Shown here: positions 27,865 to 38,800 of the stretch, one piece after another
How positions within the stretch are numbered: the stretch's first letter is position 1
Layout of the letters: each line of letters opens with the position of its first letter
Assembly (NCBI GenBank): GCA_964566505.1
Contig: CAZMIM010000001.1
Coordinates: 65,140 to 129,139, forward strand
DNA from: an uncultured Candidatus Saccharibacteria bacterium
GTDB lineage: Bacteria > Patescibacteriota > Minisyncoccia > Phycocordibacterales > PCTT01
Direction of reading: 5' to 3'
DNA length: 64,000 nucleotides
Translations under genes and position numbers: made by a program
The notes under the pieces: model-generated
What the model was told of the DNA's origin: nothing
Database searches by the model: none
Seen by the model: only the letters and a program-made list of their open reading frames with translations

Positions 27865-28305
27865 TTATTTAAATGGAAGAATGTCTTTAAACAAATCTGT
27901 ATTTCGTGAAAGTCGAGATACTCCACATGAATCAAGTCCTGAAGAATTTTCTAAAGTCGGGTCTGCACCGACAGACAGAAGAAATTTTACAACCTCTACT
28001 CTGCCTTCATAGATTGCAAACATTAAAGCTGTCCATCCATTATAGCCTTGAATATTTACATCGGCACCAAGAGACAATAACTCTTCTGCAACACTCTGGT
28101 GAATTGCCATGAGCCAAGCAATCCAACCAAAACGCTCAGCAAGCTCTATGTCCACATAGTAGTGATACATAAGTCCTTCATAAATTTCTTCAAGTGTTGC
28201 CTCTCTGTTTTTGAAATACTGTTTAAATTTTGATTGTCCACCCTTACAGGCAGAATAATCTTCCAAGAAATCGCCTGTTATTTTCATGATGGTTATAAGG
28301 TTCAA
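27865..28305 (-). CDS. Ankyrin-repeat protein
   Basis: GADVNIQGYNGWTALMFAIYEGRVEVVKFLLSVGADP ankyrin repeats. Confidence 0.7.
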   Translation of the reverse strand: MNLITIMKITGDFLEDYSACKGGQSKFKQYFKNREATLEEIYEGLMYHYYVDIELAERFGWIAWLMAIHQSVAEELLSLGADVNIQGYNGWTALMFAIYEGRVEVVKFLLSVGADPTLENSSGLDSCGVSRLSRNTDLFKDILPFK

Positions 28306-28353
28306 TTTTTGTTTCTACACAAACATAAACGCTGGTCTATTTAATGTCAACAT

Positions 28354-28386
28354 TCAACGGCTCATTTTGAAAATGAGCCGTTGCTT
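28354..28386. terminator. Hairpin family 2
   Basis: caacggctcattttgaaaatgagccgttgctttt. Confidence 0.7.
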
Positions 28387-28421
28387 TTATTCGGTTTTTT
28401 AGTAGAATGTTTTTTATTGCT

Positions 28422-28495
28422 GGGCCTGTAGCTCACTTGGCTAGAGCGCCTCACTTGCACTGAGGAGGTAGCAGGTTCGATTCCTGTCAGGTCCA
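28422..28495 (+). tRNA. tRNA-Ala (anticodon TGC); CCA not encoded
   Basis: Cloverleaf folded by eye: acceptor GGGCCTG/CAGGTCC, anticodon loop CTTGCAC, T-loop TTCGATT; terminator at 28508-28546. Confidence 0.9.
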
Positions 28496-28558
28496 CATAA
28501 AATGAAAAAGCACCCTACTTACAATGTAAGTGGGGTGCTTTTTTTGAGATTATTAGTC

Positions 28559-28828
28559 TCAAGAGGGGTCTTCAATCTTATTTTGATATTCTACACGAGC
28601 CAACCATCCAGCAAACCCCCCAAAAACCAGAGAGCCTCCAATCCATACAACCAACATTAATGATGGAGTCATGATGGGATTAATACCGATATGGTCTGAC
28701 ATCATTAAGTCAAAAAAATATGTGACAGCCAAAACTATTCCTGAAAGAAAAAAGCAAAAAACAAGACGTCCGGCAAAGACTAAGAGAACATCATAAAGAA
28801 TGTCCTTCTCGTACTGTGTTTTAGGCAT
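28559..28828 (-). CDS. Hypothetical small membrane protein
   Basis: Three hydrophobic helices; no domain. Confidence 0.4.
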   Translation of the reverse strand: MPKTQYEKDILYDVLLVFAGRLVFCFFLSGIVLAVTYFFDLMMSDHIGINPIMTPSLMLVVWIGGSLVFGGFAGWLARVEYQNKIEDPS

Positions 28829-28904
28829 GGTGTATACCGTTTTAGTTTACATTTCCGAAAATATAATACCATATTTATGCAAAAAAGCAATCCCCCACCC
28901 TGCG

Positions 28905-29255
28905 TCATGCAGAATGAGGGATTTTGTTTTTACGGCGTACCATATATATTCCCGTATTGTTGGGAGTCAGAGAAAGCATTGCCGCAAATGAGATGATAAA
29001 CGAAAAGAAGCTTGTACCAAGAGCGGTAACTAGCATCTTTTCAGTTAGTCCTAAAGAAAACAACCACTCGGCACCCCATGTTCCTAAAAACAAAATAATG
29101 CTTACAGATATCATAGATAAAGTAAGCGCAAGGGCTGTAAGGATTGTGGTCATTTGGAACAGAAATCTCAAAAACTTCTTAAGAGAGTTCATATTAACCT
29201 CCGTTTGAATGTTCGTACTGTAAACCACAGTACGCCAAAAGAGTCTTTTTAGCAA
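28905..29255 (-). CDS. Hypothetical membrane protein
   Basis: Hydrophobic helices; stop abuts the ddl start. Confidence 0.4.
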   Translation of the reverse strand: MLKRLFWRTVVYSTNIQTEVNMNSLKKFLRFLFQMTTILTALALTLSMISVSIILFLGTWGAEWLFSLGLTEKMLVTALGTSFFSFIISFAAMLSLTPNNTGIYMVRRKNKIPHSA

Positions 29256-30227
29256 TTAGTTTTCCAGAGCAAGACCCACTATATGATCTACAAATTCATC
29301 TGCATTTGAACCCACAGCCTCAAGCCCTGTCATAAAAATGGATTTATTTCCCAAGTGAGGAAGTGCATTTGTCTCCAAAAGGTACACTCCGCGCTTTGGA
29401 GATATGATAAAGTCTGATTGCGAATAGTGCCTAAGCCCAAGTGCAACATGTGCAAGAAGTGAAAACTCCTGCACCTTTTTCTTTTCTTCAAGTGTTATAG
29501 ATGCTGGAACATTGTATGTGAGCTCATTTCTCCTCTCATAATCGAGAAATGCTTCACCTTTTGGAAGCGGTATCTCTACTGGTATAAGCGCATATAGCTC
29601 TTGGTCACGAAAATGCTCTATCACCCCACAAGACACCACTGTTCCCTGAATATATTCTTCAAGTAAAAGTTTGTCAGACCACCTAAATGCGCGCGTAAGA
29701 GCAGCTTCCAGTTCTGGGAAATCAAAAACCACTTCCACACCATGAGAAGCCATACCTGAAAGAGGTTTTATAATCATCGGCAAAGGCATTGAATAGAATA
29801 GATTCATTGCAATATTTGCTGGTGTATCATTTTTCTCTACAACCCTTGAGAAAGGAGTCTTTATGCCGTGTGCTTTGAAAAACTTTTTTGCAGCATGTTT
29901 ATTGAGTGACATCTGGCATGAAAAAGCTTCAGAGCCAGTGTATGGCACATGGTGTGCCTCAAATATCTTTTGAACTTCTCCACCCTCTCCATACTCACCA
30001 TGAAGCGCATTAAAAGCCACATCTATATCCCACAGAGCTTGCTCTGGGCGTACTCCTTTTCCATTTCGTATCCATCTACCCTCTCGGTCTATTAAGATGT
30101 CCTCAGGAGCTTCTGTGTCCTCGAGCTGCATCTTTACATAAGAACCAGTATCAAGAGAGAGGTCATACTCTTGCCCTGGACCTCCTCGTATTACACAAAT
30201 CTTATAAGGCTTTTTGCTCATGAGCAT
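29256..30227 (-). CDS. ddl: D-alanine--D-alanine ligase
   Basis: ATP-grasp motifs (HGEYGEGG, ETNALPHLG). Confidence 0.9.
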   Translation of the reverse strand: MLMSKKPYKICVIRGGPGQEYDLSLDTGSYVKMQLEDTEAPEDILIDREGRWIRNGKGVRPEQALWDIDVAFNALHGEYGEGGEVQKIFEAHHVPYTGSEAFSCQMSLNKHAAKKFFKAHGIKTPFSRVVEKNDTPANIAMNLFYSMPLPMIIKPLSGMASHGVEVVFDFPELEAALTRAFRWSDKLLLEEYIQGTVVSCGVIEHFRDQELYALIPVEIPLPKGEAFLDYERRNELTYNVPASITLEEKKKVQEFSLLAHVALGLRHYSQSDFIISPKRGVYLLETNALPHLGNKSIFMTGLEAVGSNADEFVDHIVGLALEN

Positions 30228-30247
30228 ATTGTATCACTTGAAGAGAT

Positions 30248-31459
30248 TTATTTTCTAAGTGTTTGTGAGCGTTTTTGTTGATGAAATGAAAGAGCAAAAC
30301 GGTGCGCCTCGTTGTTTACCATGAGTATTTCTTTTTCATATTCTTTTGTATTTTCTTTTTTGCCAAGAAGCTCTCGTGGCTGGTGCTTCTCATTTTTAAC
30401 CACAGAAACAACAGGTATTTGATACCCAAAAGAATCAATAACTTTTTCTGCTATATTTATCTGAGCCTTTCCTCCGTCTACAACAATAAGCCTTGGAAGT
30501 TGCCACTCGTCGTGTTTTAGCCTTCTCTCAAGTACTTCTTTGAGTGCAGCTGTATCGTTTGATGAAGATACACTTTTAATATTAAACTTTCTGTAATCAC
30601 TCTTTTTTAGGAAACCTCCCTCAAGCACTACCATCACACCCACCATGTCAGACCCACTTATATGAGCAACATCATACCCCTCGATGCGAATTGCTGAGTT
30701 TTCGTCTCGGTCACTGATAAGGGCGACATCATTTATATGCTCAAGCGCAAATATCTGACGCTTTATTTCTTCTGCTTTTTCAAAATCCTGCTTTTTGGCA
30801 TACTCTTTCATTTCTTTTTGAAGTAGTGTGAGTATCTTTTTCTTTTTGCCCTCAAAGAAAAGTTTTATGTTTCTTATAGTATTTGAATATTCCTTTTTAG
30901 ACACTGATTCGAAGTCGGGTACAATCCCAATCTCAATATTAAGTCGAGATTGTTTTTTCTTTGTTTTGGTTGTATCTTTTTTACCTTTGAAAGGGAAAAT
31001 CTTTCGTATAATTTTGAGCGCTATTTTTAGCGAACCACCTGAAGGATATGGGCCAAAAAGATATTTAAAGTCATCGGGGTCGTATGTAGTCTGGAGCTCC
31101 CCACCTCGCACAGTGAATACTCTTGGATATTCTTCTTTTGTAACTGCAACATAGTTAAAACTTTTTCCGTCTTTGTCTTTGCTGTTGTACGTAGGCTGAT
31201 ACTGCTTGATAAGGTTAGACTCCAAGATAAAAGCCTCCAGAACAGAGTCTGTCTGCGTTACCTCTATATCATCAGACTCCTCCACCATTTTCTCTATTAA
31301 AGGACTTCTTTTGATTCTGATATCTGGTGTGAAATAGCTTTGTACACGAGAGCGAAGCGATGTAGCTTTTCCAATATATAGAATATCTTTTCCACTCTTA
31401 AAATAGTACACCCCTGGTGCATCTGGTAGATTTTTGACTTTTTCTTTCTTGTATTGCAT
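30248..31459 (-). CDS. uvrC: Excinuclease ABC subunit C, short form (403 aa; GIY-YIG plus RNase H-like endonuclease domain, no C-terminal HhH)
   Basis: GIY-YIG (PGVYYFKSGKDILYIGKATSLRSRV) and RLIVVDGGKAQI endonuclease-domain motif. Confidence 0.8.
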   Translation of the reverse strand: MQYKKEKVKNLPDAPGVYYFKSGKDILYIGKATSLRSRVQSYFTPDIRIKRSPLIEKMVEESDDIEVTQTDSVLEAFILESNLIKQYQPTYNSKDKDGKSFNYVAVTKEEYPRVFTVRGGELQTTYDPDDFKYLFGPYPSGGSLKIALKIIRKIFPFKGKKDTTKTKKKQSRLNIEIGIVPDFESVSKKEYSNTIRNIKLFFEGKKKKILTLLQKEMKEYAKKQDFEKAEEIKRQIFALEHINDVALISDRDENSAIRIEGYDVAHISGSDMVGVMVVLEGGFLKKSDYRKFNIKSVSSSNDTAALKEVLERRLKHDEWQLPRLIVVDGGKAQINIAEKVIDSFGYQIPVVSVVKNEKHQPRELLGKKENTKEYEKEILMVNNEAHRFALSFHQQKRSQTLRK

Positions 31460-31525
31460 ATATACCTATGATAGTATCCTACATTAGACCCTTGCTCCAG
31501 TTCAAATAACGAAAAAGAGGAAAAC

Positions 31526-31933
31526 ATGAGTACACCTTCTTCCTTCACGGCAGAATCTGGCGACGGCTCAACCCATGCCGCAACACTCGCATGTGTGTCG
31601 GAGCTCTCTGATGTCATCAAAAACATCAACAAGACCGAGCATTTGCGACTGTGTGGTGCCACAAAGGCATTCTTCCAGAAAGTCCGAATCGCTTCTTCTG
31701 AAAAAGCGACTCTCGAAGATGTTGCAACGACATGCAATCAGTTGATTGCATTTTGTCCACTCCCTCCGAAACTTTCCAGTCAGTTTACCACGCTCCATCA
31801 AAGAGCTGCGGACAACCTTTTCAGAAAGGTCGGAGCGACCATGAGAGAAGAGAGTCCTGAAGAATCGGTTCGTGAAAACTGTCGCAAACTCATCGGGTTC
31901 GTGAAGGATCATTTCGTCAGGCAGGTAGCCTGA
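31526..31933 (+). CDS. Hypothetical protein (135 aa); lone plus-strand gene, GC ~50%
   Basis: Good AGAGGA RBS 6 nt upstream; followed by the bidirectional terminator at 31954-31986. No domain. Confidence 0.5.
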   Translation: MSTPSSFTAESGDGSTHAATLACVSELSDVIKNINKTEHLRLCGATKAFFQKVRIASSEKATLEDVATTCNQLIAFCPLPPKLSSQFTTLHQRAADNLFRKVGATMREESPEESVRENCRKLIGFVKDHFVRQVA

Positions 31934-31953
31934 CATCCACCCTCTCTTTCCTT

Positions 31954-31986
31954 GGCGGTGCGTATTTTTATACGCACCGCCTTTTT
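31954..31986. terminator. Bidirectional terminator between the 31526 gene and uvrA
   Basis: ggcggtgcgtatttttatacgcaccgcc + TTTTT. Confidence 0.8.
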
Positions 31987-31987
31987 G

Positions 31988-34591
31988 TTACTTCTTTTTC
32001 TTTCGAGACTTCGAAAGAATCTTTTTAAGATACGGCGCTGTAAACGAATCTTTAAAAGCTCCCGTCTTTGAAACCTCTTCTGGCGTACCTTTCGCCACCA
32101 CACGACCGCCATGCTCTCCACCTTCTGGCCCCATATCAATGATATAGTCTGCACACTTTATCAAATCAAGGTTGTGCTCAATCACCAAAACAGTGTTTCC
32201 CTGCTCAACAAGCTTTTGAAGAATCTCGATAAGCTTTTGTACATCTTCATAGTGAAGCCCTACAGTAGGCTCATCCAAAAGATAGATTGTCTTTTGTGTA
32301 TGTCTTCGGTATAGCTCTGATGAAATCTTTACACGCTGAGCCTCTCCACCCGATAGAGTCGTGGCAGACTGCCCAAGCTCTAGGTATCCAAGTCCCACAT
32401 CGTTGAGCGTCTGAAGTCTGTCGGCAATAGCTGGGATATCTCCAAAAAACTCAAGCGCTTCTTCTACTGTCATTTCAAGAACCTCAAAAATATTCTTCCC
32501 TTTGTATTTCACTTCAAGTGTTTCTTTAGTAAACCGCTTTCCATCACATACATCACAAGGCACATACACTGTTGGCAAAAAGTGCATCTCTACAGCCACC
32601 TCTCCTTTTCCTTGGCAGGCTTCGCATCGTCCTCCTTTTAGATTGAAACTAAATCGCCCCGGCTTCCATCCACGCACTTTTGCTTCTCCTGTCTCTGCAA
32701 ACAAGTCACGAATGTGGTTCCAAGCCCCTGTATATGTTGCTGGATTTGAGCGCGATGTACGACCAATAGGAGATTGGTCTATCAAAACTGAGCGTGAAAG
32801 ATATTCTGTTCCTGCAAATGATTTGCAATTAAACACCTTAGCGGAGCGGTATTTTCGGTCAAAACGTGCACGAAGGTTGTTGTATATAATCTCATATAGA
32901 AGTGAAGATTTTCCTGAGCCAGACACGCCAGTAATCACATTAAATCGCCCAAGAGGAATATCAAGATTAAGATTTTTGATATTGAAAGCTTTTCCTCCTC
33001 GAATCTTGAGCTCGCCTTTCTTTCTCTCTCGCCTGCTTGTCGGGGTCTCAATCTCTTTATTACCTCGAAGATAATCAAGCGTTACAGAACCTGATGGGTT
33101 TGTCTTTTGATCAAGAAGTTTTTGCAAATCATCAGCCACCACTATCTCTCCACCATGTACTCCAGCACCTGGCCCAATATCAATAATATAGTCTGCTGCA
33201 AAAATAGTGTCCTCGTCATGCTCTACCACTACAATAGTATTTCCCATATCACGAAGTGATGTGAGTGTTTTGATAAGTCTGTCGTTGTCTCTTTGGTGAA
33301 GACCAATAGTTGGCTCATCCAAAACATAAAGAGCACCCACAAGCTTAGATCCAAGCTGTGAAGCCAGACGAATACGCTGTGCCTCTCCTCCTGAAAGTGT
33401 ATTCGCGCGTCTATCGAGTGTGAGGTACTCAATACCCACATCCACCATAAACTTCAAACGATCTTCTATCTCTCGTAATATCACTTTTGCAATATCTTGC
33501 TGTTGCTCTGTAAGCTCTAGACTTCCTATTAGCTCATATGCATCAGATATTGAAAGCGCTGTGAAATCTACGATATTGTAGCGCTTGTTTTTATCACAAA
33601 GATATACAGAAAGCGCCTCTGGACGAAGCCTTTGTCCATTACACTCTGGACATGAATCATTTCCAAAGAAATGTTTTGTGCCAAGTCCATTACACTCTGG
33701 GCATGCTCCGTATGGTGAGTTGAATGAGAAAAGTCGTGGCTCTATTTCAGGAAAAGAGTACCCATCGTTTGGACATGTAAACTTTGAAGAAATAAGTGTT
33801 CCTATATCGTTTATCTTTTTCTCTGTCTTTCGCTTTTCATCTGAAAAGACATATCGCACAAGCCCATCAGCTTCATCTAGTGCTCGCTCTACTGCTTCTG
33901 AGAGTCGTTCCAAAGCAGACTGCTCGTCAGAGCGAAACTCTCCAAGATCAATACGATCTACCACTATATCTATTTCATGCTTTTTGGTTTTAGCAAGAAC
34001 AATCTGCTCTCGAAGCTTTTTGCGCTCACCATCAATCAATACCTCTGAGAATCCCTTTCCTAAAAGATCATATAGATATTGATAATACTCACCTTTTCGC
34101 CCGCGCACTACTGGCGCCATGATTTCAATATGCACAGCTGTTTTATGCTTTTTGGCTACTTCATCTAGGATAATATTCTTTATCTCATCGTGTGAAAGTC
34201 TGTGAATTGGAGTATCACATGTCAGACAATGTGGAGTACCCACTCGGGCATATAGAATACGCAAATAGTCATATATCTCTGTAATAGTCGCCACAGTAGA
34301 GCGGGGGTTGTTTGAGCGTGATTTTTGGTCAATAGAAATAGCAGGAGAAAGACCTATAATCTCATCTACATCAGGCTTTTGCATTTGATTTAAGAACTGT
34401 CGTGCATATGCAGAAAGTGACTCTACATACCGACGCTGTCCTTCTGCAAAAATAGTATCAAATGCCAAAGAAGACTTTCCAGACCCAGATAGTCCTGTAA
34501 ATACAATCATCTTATTTCGAGGCATTTCTACAGTTACATTTTTTAGGTTATGTGTTCGTGCCCCTTTTACTATAATCTTGTCTTCTGCCAT
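31988..34591 (-). CDS. uvrA: Excinuclease ABC subunit A
   Basis: Two ABC ATPase modules with zinc fingers; start taken at [16 protein letters not shown] (ATG 34591). Confidence 0.95.
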   Translation of the reverse strand: MAEDKIIVKGARTHNLKNVTVEMPRNKMIVFTGLSGSGKSSLAFDTIFAEGQRRYVESLSAYARQFLNQMQKPDVDEIIGLSPAISIDQKSRSNNPRSTVATITEIYDYLRILYARVGTPHCLTCDTPIHRLSHDEIKNIILDEVAKKHKTAVHIEIMAPVVRGRKGEYYQYLYDLLGKGFSEVLIDGERKKLREQIVLAKTKKHEIDIVVDRIDLGEFRSDEQSALERLSEAVERALDEADGLVRYVFSDEKRKTEKKINDIGTLISSKFTCPNDGYSFPEIEPRLFSFNSPYGACPECNGLGTKHFFGNDSCPECNGQRLRPEALSVYLCDKNKRYNIVDFTALSISDAYELIGSLELTEQQQDIAKVILREIEDRLKFMVDVGIEYLTLDRRANTLSGGEAQRIRLASQLGSKLVGALYVLDEPTIGLHQRDNDRLIKTLTSLRDMGNTIVVVEHDEDTIFAADYIIDIGPGAGVHGGEIVVADDLQKLLDQKTNPSGSVTLDYLRGNKEIETPTSRRERKKGELKIRGGKAFNIKNLNLDIPLGRFNVITGVSGSGKSSLLYEIIYNNLRARFDRKYRSAKVFNCKSFAGTEYLSRSVLIDQSPIGRTSRSNPATYTGAWNHIRDLFAETGEAKVRGWKPGRFSFNLKGGRCEACQGKGEVAVEMHFLPTVYVPCDVCDGKRFTKETLEVKYKGKNIFEVLEMTVEEALEFFGDIPAIADRLQTLNDVGLGYLELGQSATTLSGGEAQRVKISSELYRRHTQKTIYLLDEPTVGLHYEDVQKLIEILQKLVEQGNTVLVIEHNLDLIKCADYIIDMGPEGGEHGGRVVAKGTPEEVSKTGAFKDSFTAPYLKKILSKSRKKKK

Positions 34592-34592
34592 A

Positions 34593-34790
34593 TTATTTTT
34601 CTTTTTTGAACTCCTGATACTTTGAGCACCACGGACAATAAAAGCCACAATTTCTTGAGCTGTCGCCTGGTTTATCTTTGTCTTTTCCCTTTTCAGGATC
34701 ACCAATAGACCACCATCGTTTGCAGAAATAGCATTGATAATGGTGTAGCTGTTCTATGTATTCTTTTCCTTTTCGGTGATCTTCTTTCAT
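34593..34790 (-). CDS. Small Cys-rich zinc-ribbon protein (65 aa), translationally coupled to uvrA
   Basis: CYFCKRWW ... CGFYCPWC; its stop TAA (34595..34593) sits 1 nt before the uvrA ATG. Confidence 0.45.
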   Translation of the reverse strand: MKEDHRKGKEYIEQLHHYQCYFCKRWWSIGDPEKGKDKDKPGDSSRNCGFYCPWCSKYQEFKKEK

Positions 34791-34806
34791 CCCGTTAGTA
34801 AAAAAT

Positions 34807-34830
34807 TAGTTTGATTAATTAAACAAACTA
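34807..34830. promoter_or_regulatory. Palindromic candidate operator upstream of the zinc-ribbon-ORF/uvrA operon
   Basis: TAGTTTG-attaattaaa-CAAACTA, 17 bp upstream of the small ORF start. Confidence 0.3.
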
Positions 34831-34888
34831 GTTTTAACACAATAAAATCTCTATATTCTGAATCTTTGAATAGGTGTAATTAATCTAT

Positions 34889-34914
34889 GTTGAAGTAGTA
34901 AGCACTACTTCAAC
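34889..34914 (-). terminator. Hairpin downstream of uvrB
   Basis: gttgaagtagtaagcactacttcaac. Confidence 0.6.
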
Positions 34915-35000
34915 GAACTAATTTATACTACGGGATTCATCATATATACACAAAGCCCCTGCGTGGTGGCAGAGGTGTATTGTATTGTTTGTCTATACTA

Positions 35001-37034
35001 CTACGCGTCTTTCTCCTTGTCCATTCTAGACTGAAGCTCCTTTATTTCATCACGAATAATGGCAGCAGTCTCAAAATCAAGCTCTTTTACAGCCTCATTC
35101 ATTTGCTTTTCCTTTTCTTTGATAAACTTCTTTGGATTCTTTTGATACAACTCCATATCAACATTAAGAAGTGTATTTACTGCTTTGTCGTGGTCTGTAT
35201 GAAGTTGATCAGTAATATCTTTGATTTGTTTTTTGATGGTTTGTGGAGTAATCCCGTGCTTTTCATTGTATGCAAGCTGAATCTCACGCCTACGATTTGT
35301 CTCTTCTATAGCGCGAGTCATTGAGCCGGTCATATTGTCGGCATATAGAATTACTCGCCCGTTCACATTTCGTGCCGCACGCCCAATGGTCTGGATAAGA
35401 GATGTCTCGCTTCTCAAAAATCCTTCCTTGTCAGCATCCAAAATACCAATAAGCTCCACCTCTGGCATATCAAGACCTTCACGCAAAAGGTTCACACCCA
35501 CCAACACATCAAACTCACCTCTGCGGAAGTTTGTAATAATCTCAATACGCTCAATAGTTTTAATCTCTGAGTGAAGATACTCTGTTTTAAGCCCCTTTTC
35601 CTTTAGATAGTCAGTGAGGTCTTCTGCCATTCGTTTTGTAAGCGTTGTCGCAATCACACGACCGCCCCTGTCTACTACTTTTTGTGTCTCATCAATAAAG
35701 TCATGTACTTGGCTCTTGTTATCATCATCTTCTTTAATAGGTCGCACATCAATCTCTGGGTCCACCAAACCTGTTGGGCGAATAATCTGCTCTACAATAT
35801 TTTCTTTTGTACTCACCTCAAGCTCATAGTCTCCTGGTGTAGCAGATGTAAATAGAAGCTGTCCTACTCTCTCATCAAACTCTTCAAAACGAAGAGGCCT
35901 ATTGTCTTTTGCAGATGGAAGGCGAAAACCATGTTCTACTAAAGTTTCCTTTCTTGAAGCATCACCTGCATGCATACCACGAAGCTGTGGTAGTGTTACG
36001 TGCGACTCATCTACAACTGTGAGAAAGGCTGGGCTTCCATCTGGGTTGTGTGGAAAATATGAAAGAAGAGTGTCGGGAGCCTCACCAGGAGCCTTGCCTG
36101 AGAAATGTCTTGAGTAGTTTTCGATACCGTTTGTATATCCAACTTCTCGAATAAGAGCCATGTCGTATTGTGTACGCCGTCTTAGTCGCTCTGCCTCAAG
36201 CATTTTCCCTTCTGACTCAAGAACCTTTAGTCTCTCATCAAGTTCGTCTTTTATTGTGGTAAGTGCTCGCTCTATATCTTCTTTTGCGGTAACAAAGTGC
36301 TTTGCAGGGAAAAGAAAGAATACATCCACATCAGATAGCTTCGCCTGACTCACTGCGTCCACTTTTGTAATATGCTCTATAACACCACCCTCAATGTCTA
36401 TACGGTAAATAACTTTTTCGTTTACGGGCATTATCTCAACACTGTTCCCAATAGCACGAAATGTTCCTGGTGTAAGGTCTGTGGTAGTGCGAGCAAAATA
36501 CATCCCTACTAACAAACGCAAAAAATCTCCTCTGGATATTTTTTGCCCCACCTCAATACGCATATTTTTCTTTTCATACTCATCTGGTGAACCAAGTCCA
36601 TAAATACATGACACAGACGCAACAATAATCACATCATCGCGCGTTAAGAGTGCTTGTGTCGATGCGTGCCGTAGCCTATCGATCTCTGCATTGATTTGTG
36701 CCTCTTTTTCAATATATGTATCAGTTACAGGTTTGTATGCTTCTGGTTGATAGTAGTCATAGTAAGAAACAAAGTAGTGTACAGCGTTGTCTGGGAAAAA
36801 TTCTCTATACTCTTGTGCAAGCTGTGCCGCGAGTGTTTTGTTGTGTGCAATCACAAGCGTTGGCTTACCAGTCTTTTCAATTACATTTGCAACTGTAAAA
36901 GTCTTTCCTGACCCTGTTACACCCAAAAGAGTCTGGTGTCTGTTGCCAGATTCTATTCTCTCTACCAGCTCCTTGATAGCCTTCGGTTGGTCACCTGCTG
37001 GTTTGAATTCACTGTTGAGTTTAAACTTCGCCAT
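35001..37034 (-). CDS. uvrB: Excinuclease ABC subunit B
   Basis: Helicase motifs and a C-terminal UVR domain; overlaps tgt by 14 nt. Confidence 0.95.
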   Translation of the reverse strand: MAKFKLNSEFKPAGDQPKAIKELVERIESGNRHQTLLGVTGSGKTFTVANVIEKTGKPTLVIAHNKTLAAQLAQEYREFFPDNAVHYFVSYYDYYQPEAYKPVTDTYIEKEAQINAEIDRLRHASTQALLTRDDVIIVASVSCIYGLGSPDEYEKKNMRIEVGQKISRGDFLRLLVGMYFARTTTDLTPGTFRAIGNSVEIMPVNEKVIYRIDIEGGVIEHITKVDAVSQAKLSDVDVFFLFPAKHFVTAKEDIERALTTIKDELDERLKVLESEGKMLEAERLRRRTQYDMALIREVGYTNGIENYSRHFSGKAPGEAPDTLLSYFPHNPDGSPAFLTVVDESHVTLPQLRGMHAGDASRKETLVEHGFRLPSAKDNRPLRFEEFDERVGQLLFTSATPGDYELEVSTKENIVEQIIRPTGLVDPEIDVRPIKEDDDNKSQVHDFIDETQKVVDRGGRVIATTLTKRMAEDLTDYLKEKGLKTEYLHSEIKTIERIEIITNFRRGEFDVLVGVNLLREGLDMPEVELIGILDADKEGFLRSETSLIQTIGRAARNVNGRVILYADNMTGSMTRAIEETNRRREIQLAYNEKHGITPQTIKKQIKDITDQLHTDHDKAVNTLLNVDMELYQKNPKKFIKEKEKQMNEAVKELDFETAAIIRDEIKELQSRMDKEKDA

Positions 37035-38220
37035 AATATGCTTTTAGAGTTTTTTCTTTGAACTCTTCGTATGTATCAGAAATAATAGCTTCTCTGATAT
37101 CTTTTACCAAATTAACTGCAAAAGAAAGATTGTTTTGTGTAGCAAGTGTTGATGCAAGTATCTCTTTTGCTTTAAAGAGGTGATGTAGGTACGCCCTTGT
37201 GTATGTGGTGCCCTCAAAAACTTTATTCCACTGTGAAAGTGGCGTGAAATCATCTCGATATTGTGCATTTAAAATATTTATACGACCCTCTGGTGTATAG
37301 AGTGTCCCATTTCGTGCCATTCTGGTAGGTGCAACACAATCAAATGTATCGCATCCATTCTCTACACCCACAAAGAAGTCAATTGGCTCACTCCCAATAC
37401 CAAGAAGATGTCTAGGTTTTTCTTCTGGTAAAAGAGTATTTACACTCACAAGTGCTTGATCAAGATCCTCTTTTGTAAATGAGCCCCCAATCCCAAAGCC
37501 ATCAAAATCCAACTCAGCAATAGTGCGAGCAGACTCTTCACGCATTTCTTTGCTATTGCCACCTTGTACTACACCAAAAAGTGCTTGTTTTGGACTTTCT
37601 CCACGTAGCGCTTTGTGTGCATCAAGACTTCGAACAGCCCAGCAGTGTGTGCGCTCCATAGCTTCATGAATATATTCAGGTGAATCATTTGGAGATGTAC
37701 ACTCATCAAATGCAAAAATAATATCTGCACCAAGATTGTACTGAATACGCATTGAATCCTCGGGTGTAATAAGGTGCATGCTCCCGTCTATGTACGACTT
37801 GAACTCTGCACCCTCTTCTGTGATTTTTGCGCGTTGTGATTCATCGGTTTCTGGTAGCTCACTCTCGGCTATTTTCCCAAACTTACTAATTCCCTTTCCT
37901 AGACCTGAGCCAAGAGAAAACACCTGAAATCCTCCTGAGTCTGTAAATATAGGCCCGTCCCAATTCATAAATGTATGCAGACCACCCGCTTTCTTTACCA
38001 TTTCATCACCCGGCTGAAGATAAAGATGATATGTGTTTGCAAGTACTGCTTCTGCCCCAAGTGCCTCCACACTCTCTGGAAGCAAGGCTTTAACGGTTGC
38101 TTTTGTTCCCACAGGAATAAAAGCCGGAGTATGAATCTCTCCGTGTGCTGTTTTCAAAACACCAGCTCGTCCGAGCTGGTGTTTCATCTTTTTTTCTATC
38201 GTAAAATCGATAGCGCTCAT
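37021..38220 (-). CDS. tgt: Queuine tRNA-ribosyltransferase
   Basis: DSGGFQV and zinc-site motifs. Confidence 0.9.
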   Translation of the reverse strand: MSAIDFTIEKKMKHQLGRAGVLKTAHGEIHTPAFIPVGTKATVKALLPESVEALGAEAVLANTYHLYLQPGDEMVKKAGGLHTFMNWDGPIFTDSGGFQVFSLGSGLGKGISKFGKIAESELPETDESQRAKITEEGAEFKSYIDGSMHLITPEDSMRIQYNLGADIIFAFDECTSPNDSPEYIHEAMERTHCWAVRSLDAHKALRGESPKQALFGVVQGGNSKEMREESARTIAELDFDGFGIGGSFTKEDLDQALVSVNTLLPEEKPRHLLGIGSEPIDFFVGVENGCDTFDCVAPTRMARNGTLYTPEGRINILNAQYRDDFTPLSQWNKVFEGTTYTRAYLHHLFKAKEILASTLATQNNLSFAVNLVKDIREAIISDTYEEFKEKTLKAYYGEV

Positions 38221-38257
38221 AGCCTTGAGAGTACCAAATCTGAGTGGTAATACAAGA

Positions 38258-38800
38258 TTATGCTTCGTCTTCTTCGTCGGTTGCGTCGCCCCCCTCTACT
38301 GCTGGTTGCTCAACTGAGATAAGCTCTACTTGGAATGTAAGTGTTGCGTTTGGTGGGATTGGCCCAATACCGTTCTCTCCATATGCAAACTCTGGAGCAA
38401 GTACAAGTGTTCGCTCTCCTCCCGCCTTCATTCCTCGAAGACCAAGATCGAATCCGTCTATTACTTCTCCTGAACCTACTGTAAATGAGAATTCTGCTCC
38501 TCGAGCTCGTGATTCATCAAATACTGTTCCGTCCTCTAGCATTCCAACGTAGTGAAGTGATACTACAGATCCTTCTGTAACCTCATCTCCCTCGCCTTCT
38601 ACTGTGTCAGACATCATTATTCCTCCATCAAAAAGCTCTTGCATTTCCATGTTTGTATCAAAATCAAGTGCTGACGCACCTTGTGATATTCCTAGTTGTG
38701 CAAAGAAACCACCAAATGCACCACCTGAAGCAAGCAATACACCTACAACAACAAACGCTGCAGCAACGGCAATTCCTTGATGTAATTTCTCTCGTTCCAT
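38258..38800 (-). CDS. FKBP-type peptidyl-prolyl cis-trans isomerase with an N-terminal TM anchor
   Basis: FKBP_C motifs (HYVGMLEDGTVFDSS, GSGEVIDGFD, LVLAPEFAYG); start at MEREKLHQ. Confidence 0.85.
   Translation of the reverse strand: MEREKLHQGIAVAAAFVVVGVLLASGGAFGGFFAQLGISQGASALDFDTNMEMQELFDGGIMMSDTVEGEGDEVTEGSVVSLHYVGMLEDGTVFDESRARGAEFSFTVGSGEVIDGFDLGLRGMKAGGERTLVLAPEFAYGENGIGPIPPNATLTFQVELISVEQPAVEGGDATDEEDEA

Noticed and set aside
34592-34705. N-terminal extension of uvrA ([12 protein letters not shown]...)
   Set aside because: Canonical UvrA begins at [16 protein letters not shown]. The upstream region is better explained by the separate coupled zinc-ribbon ORF in another frame.
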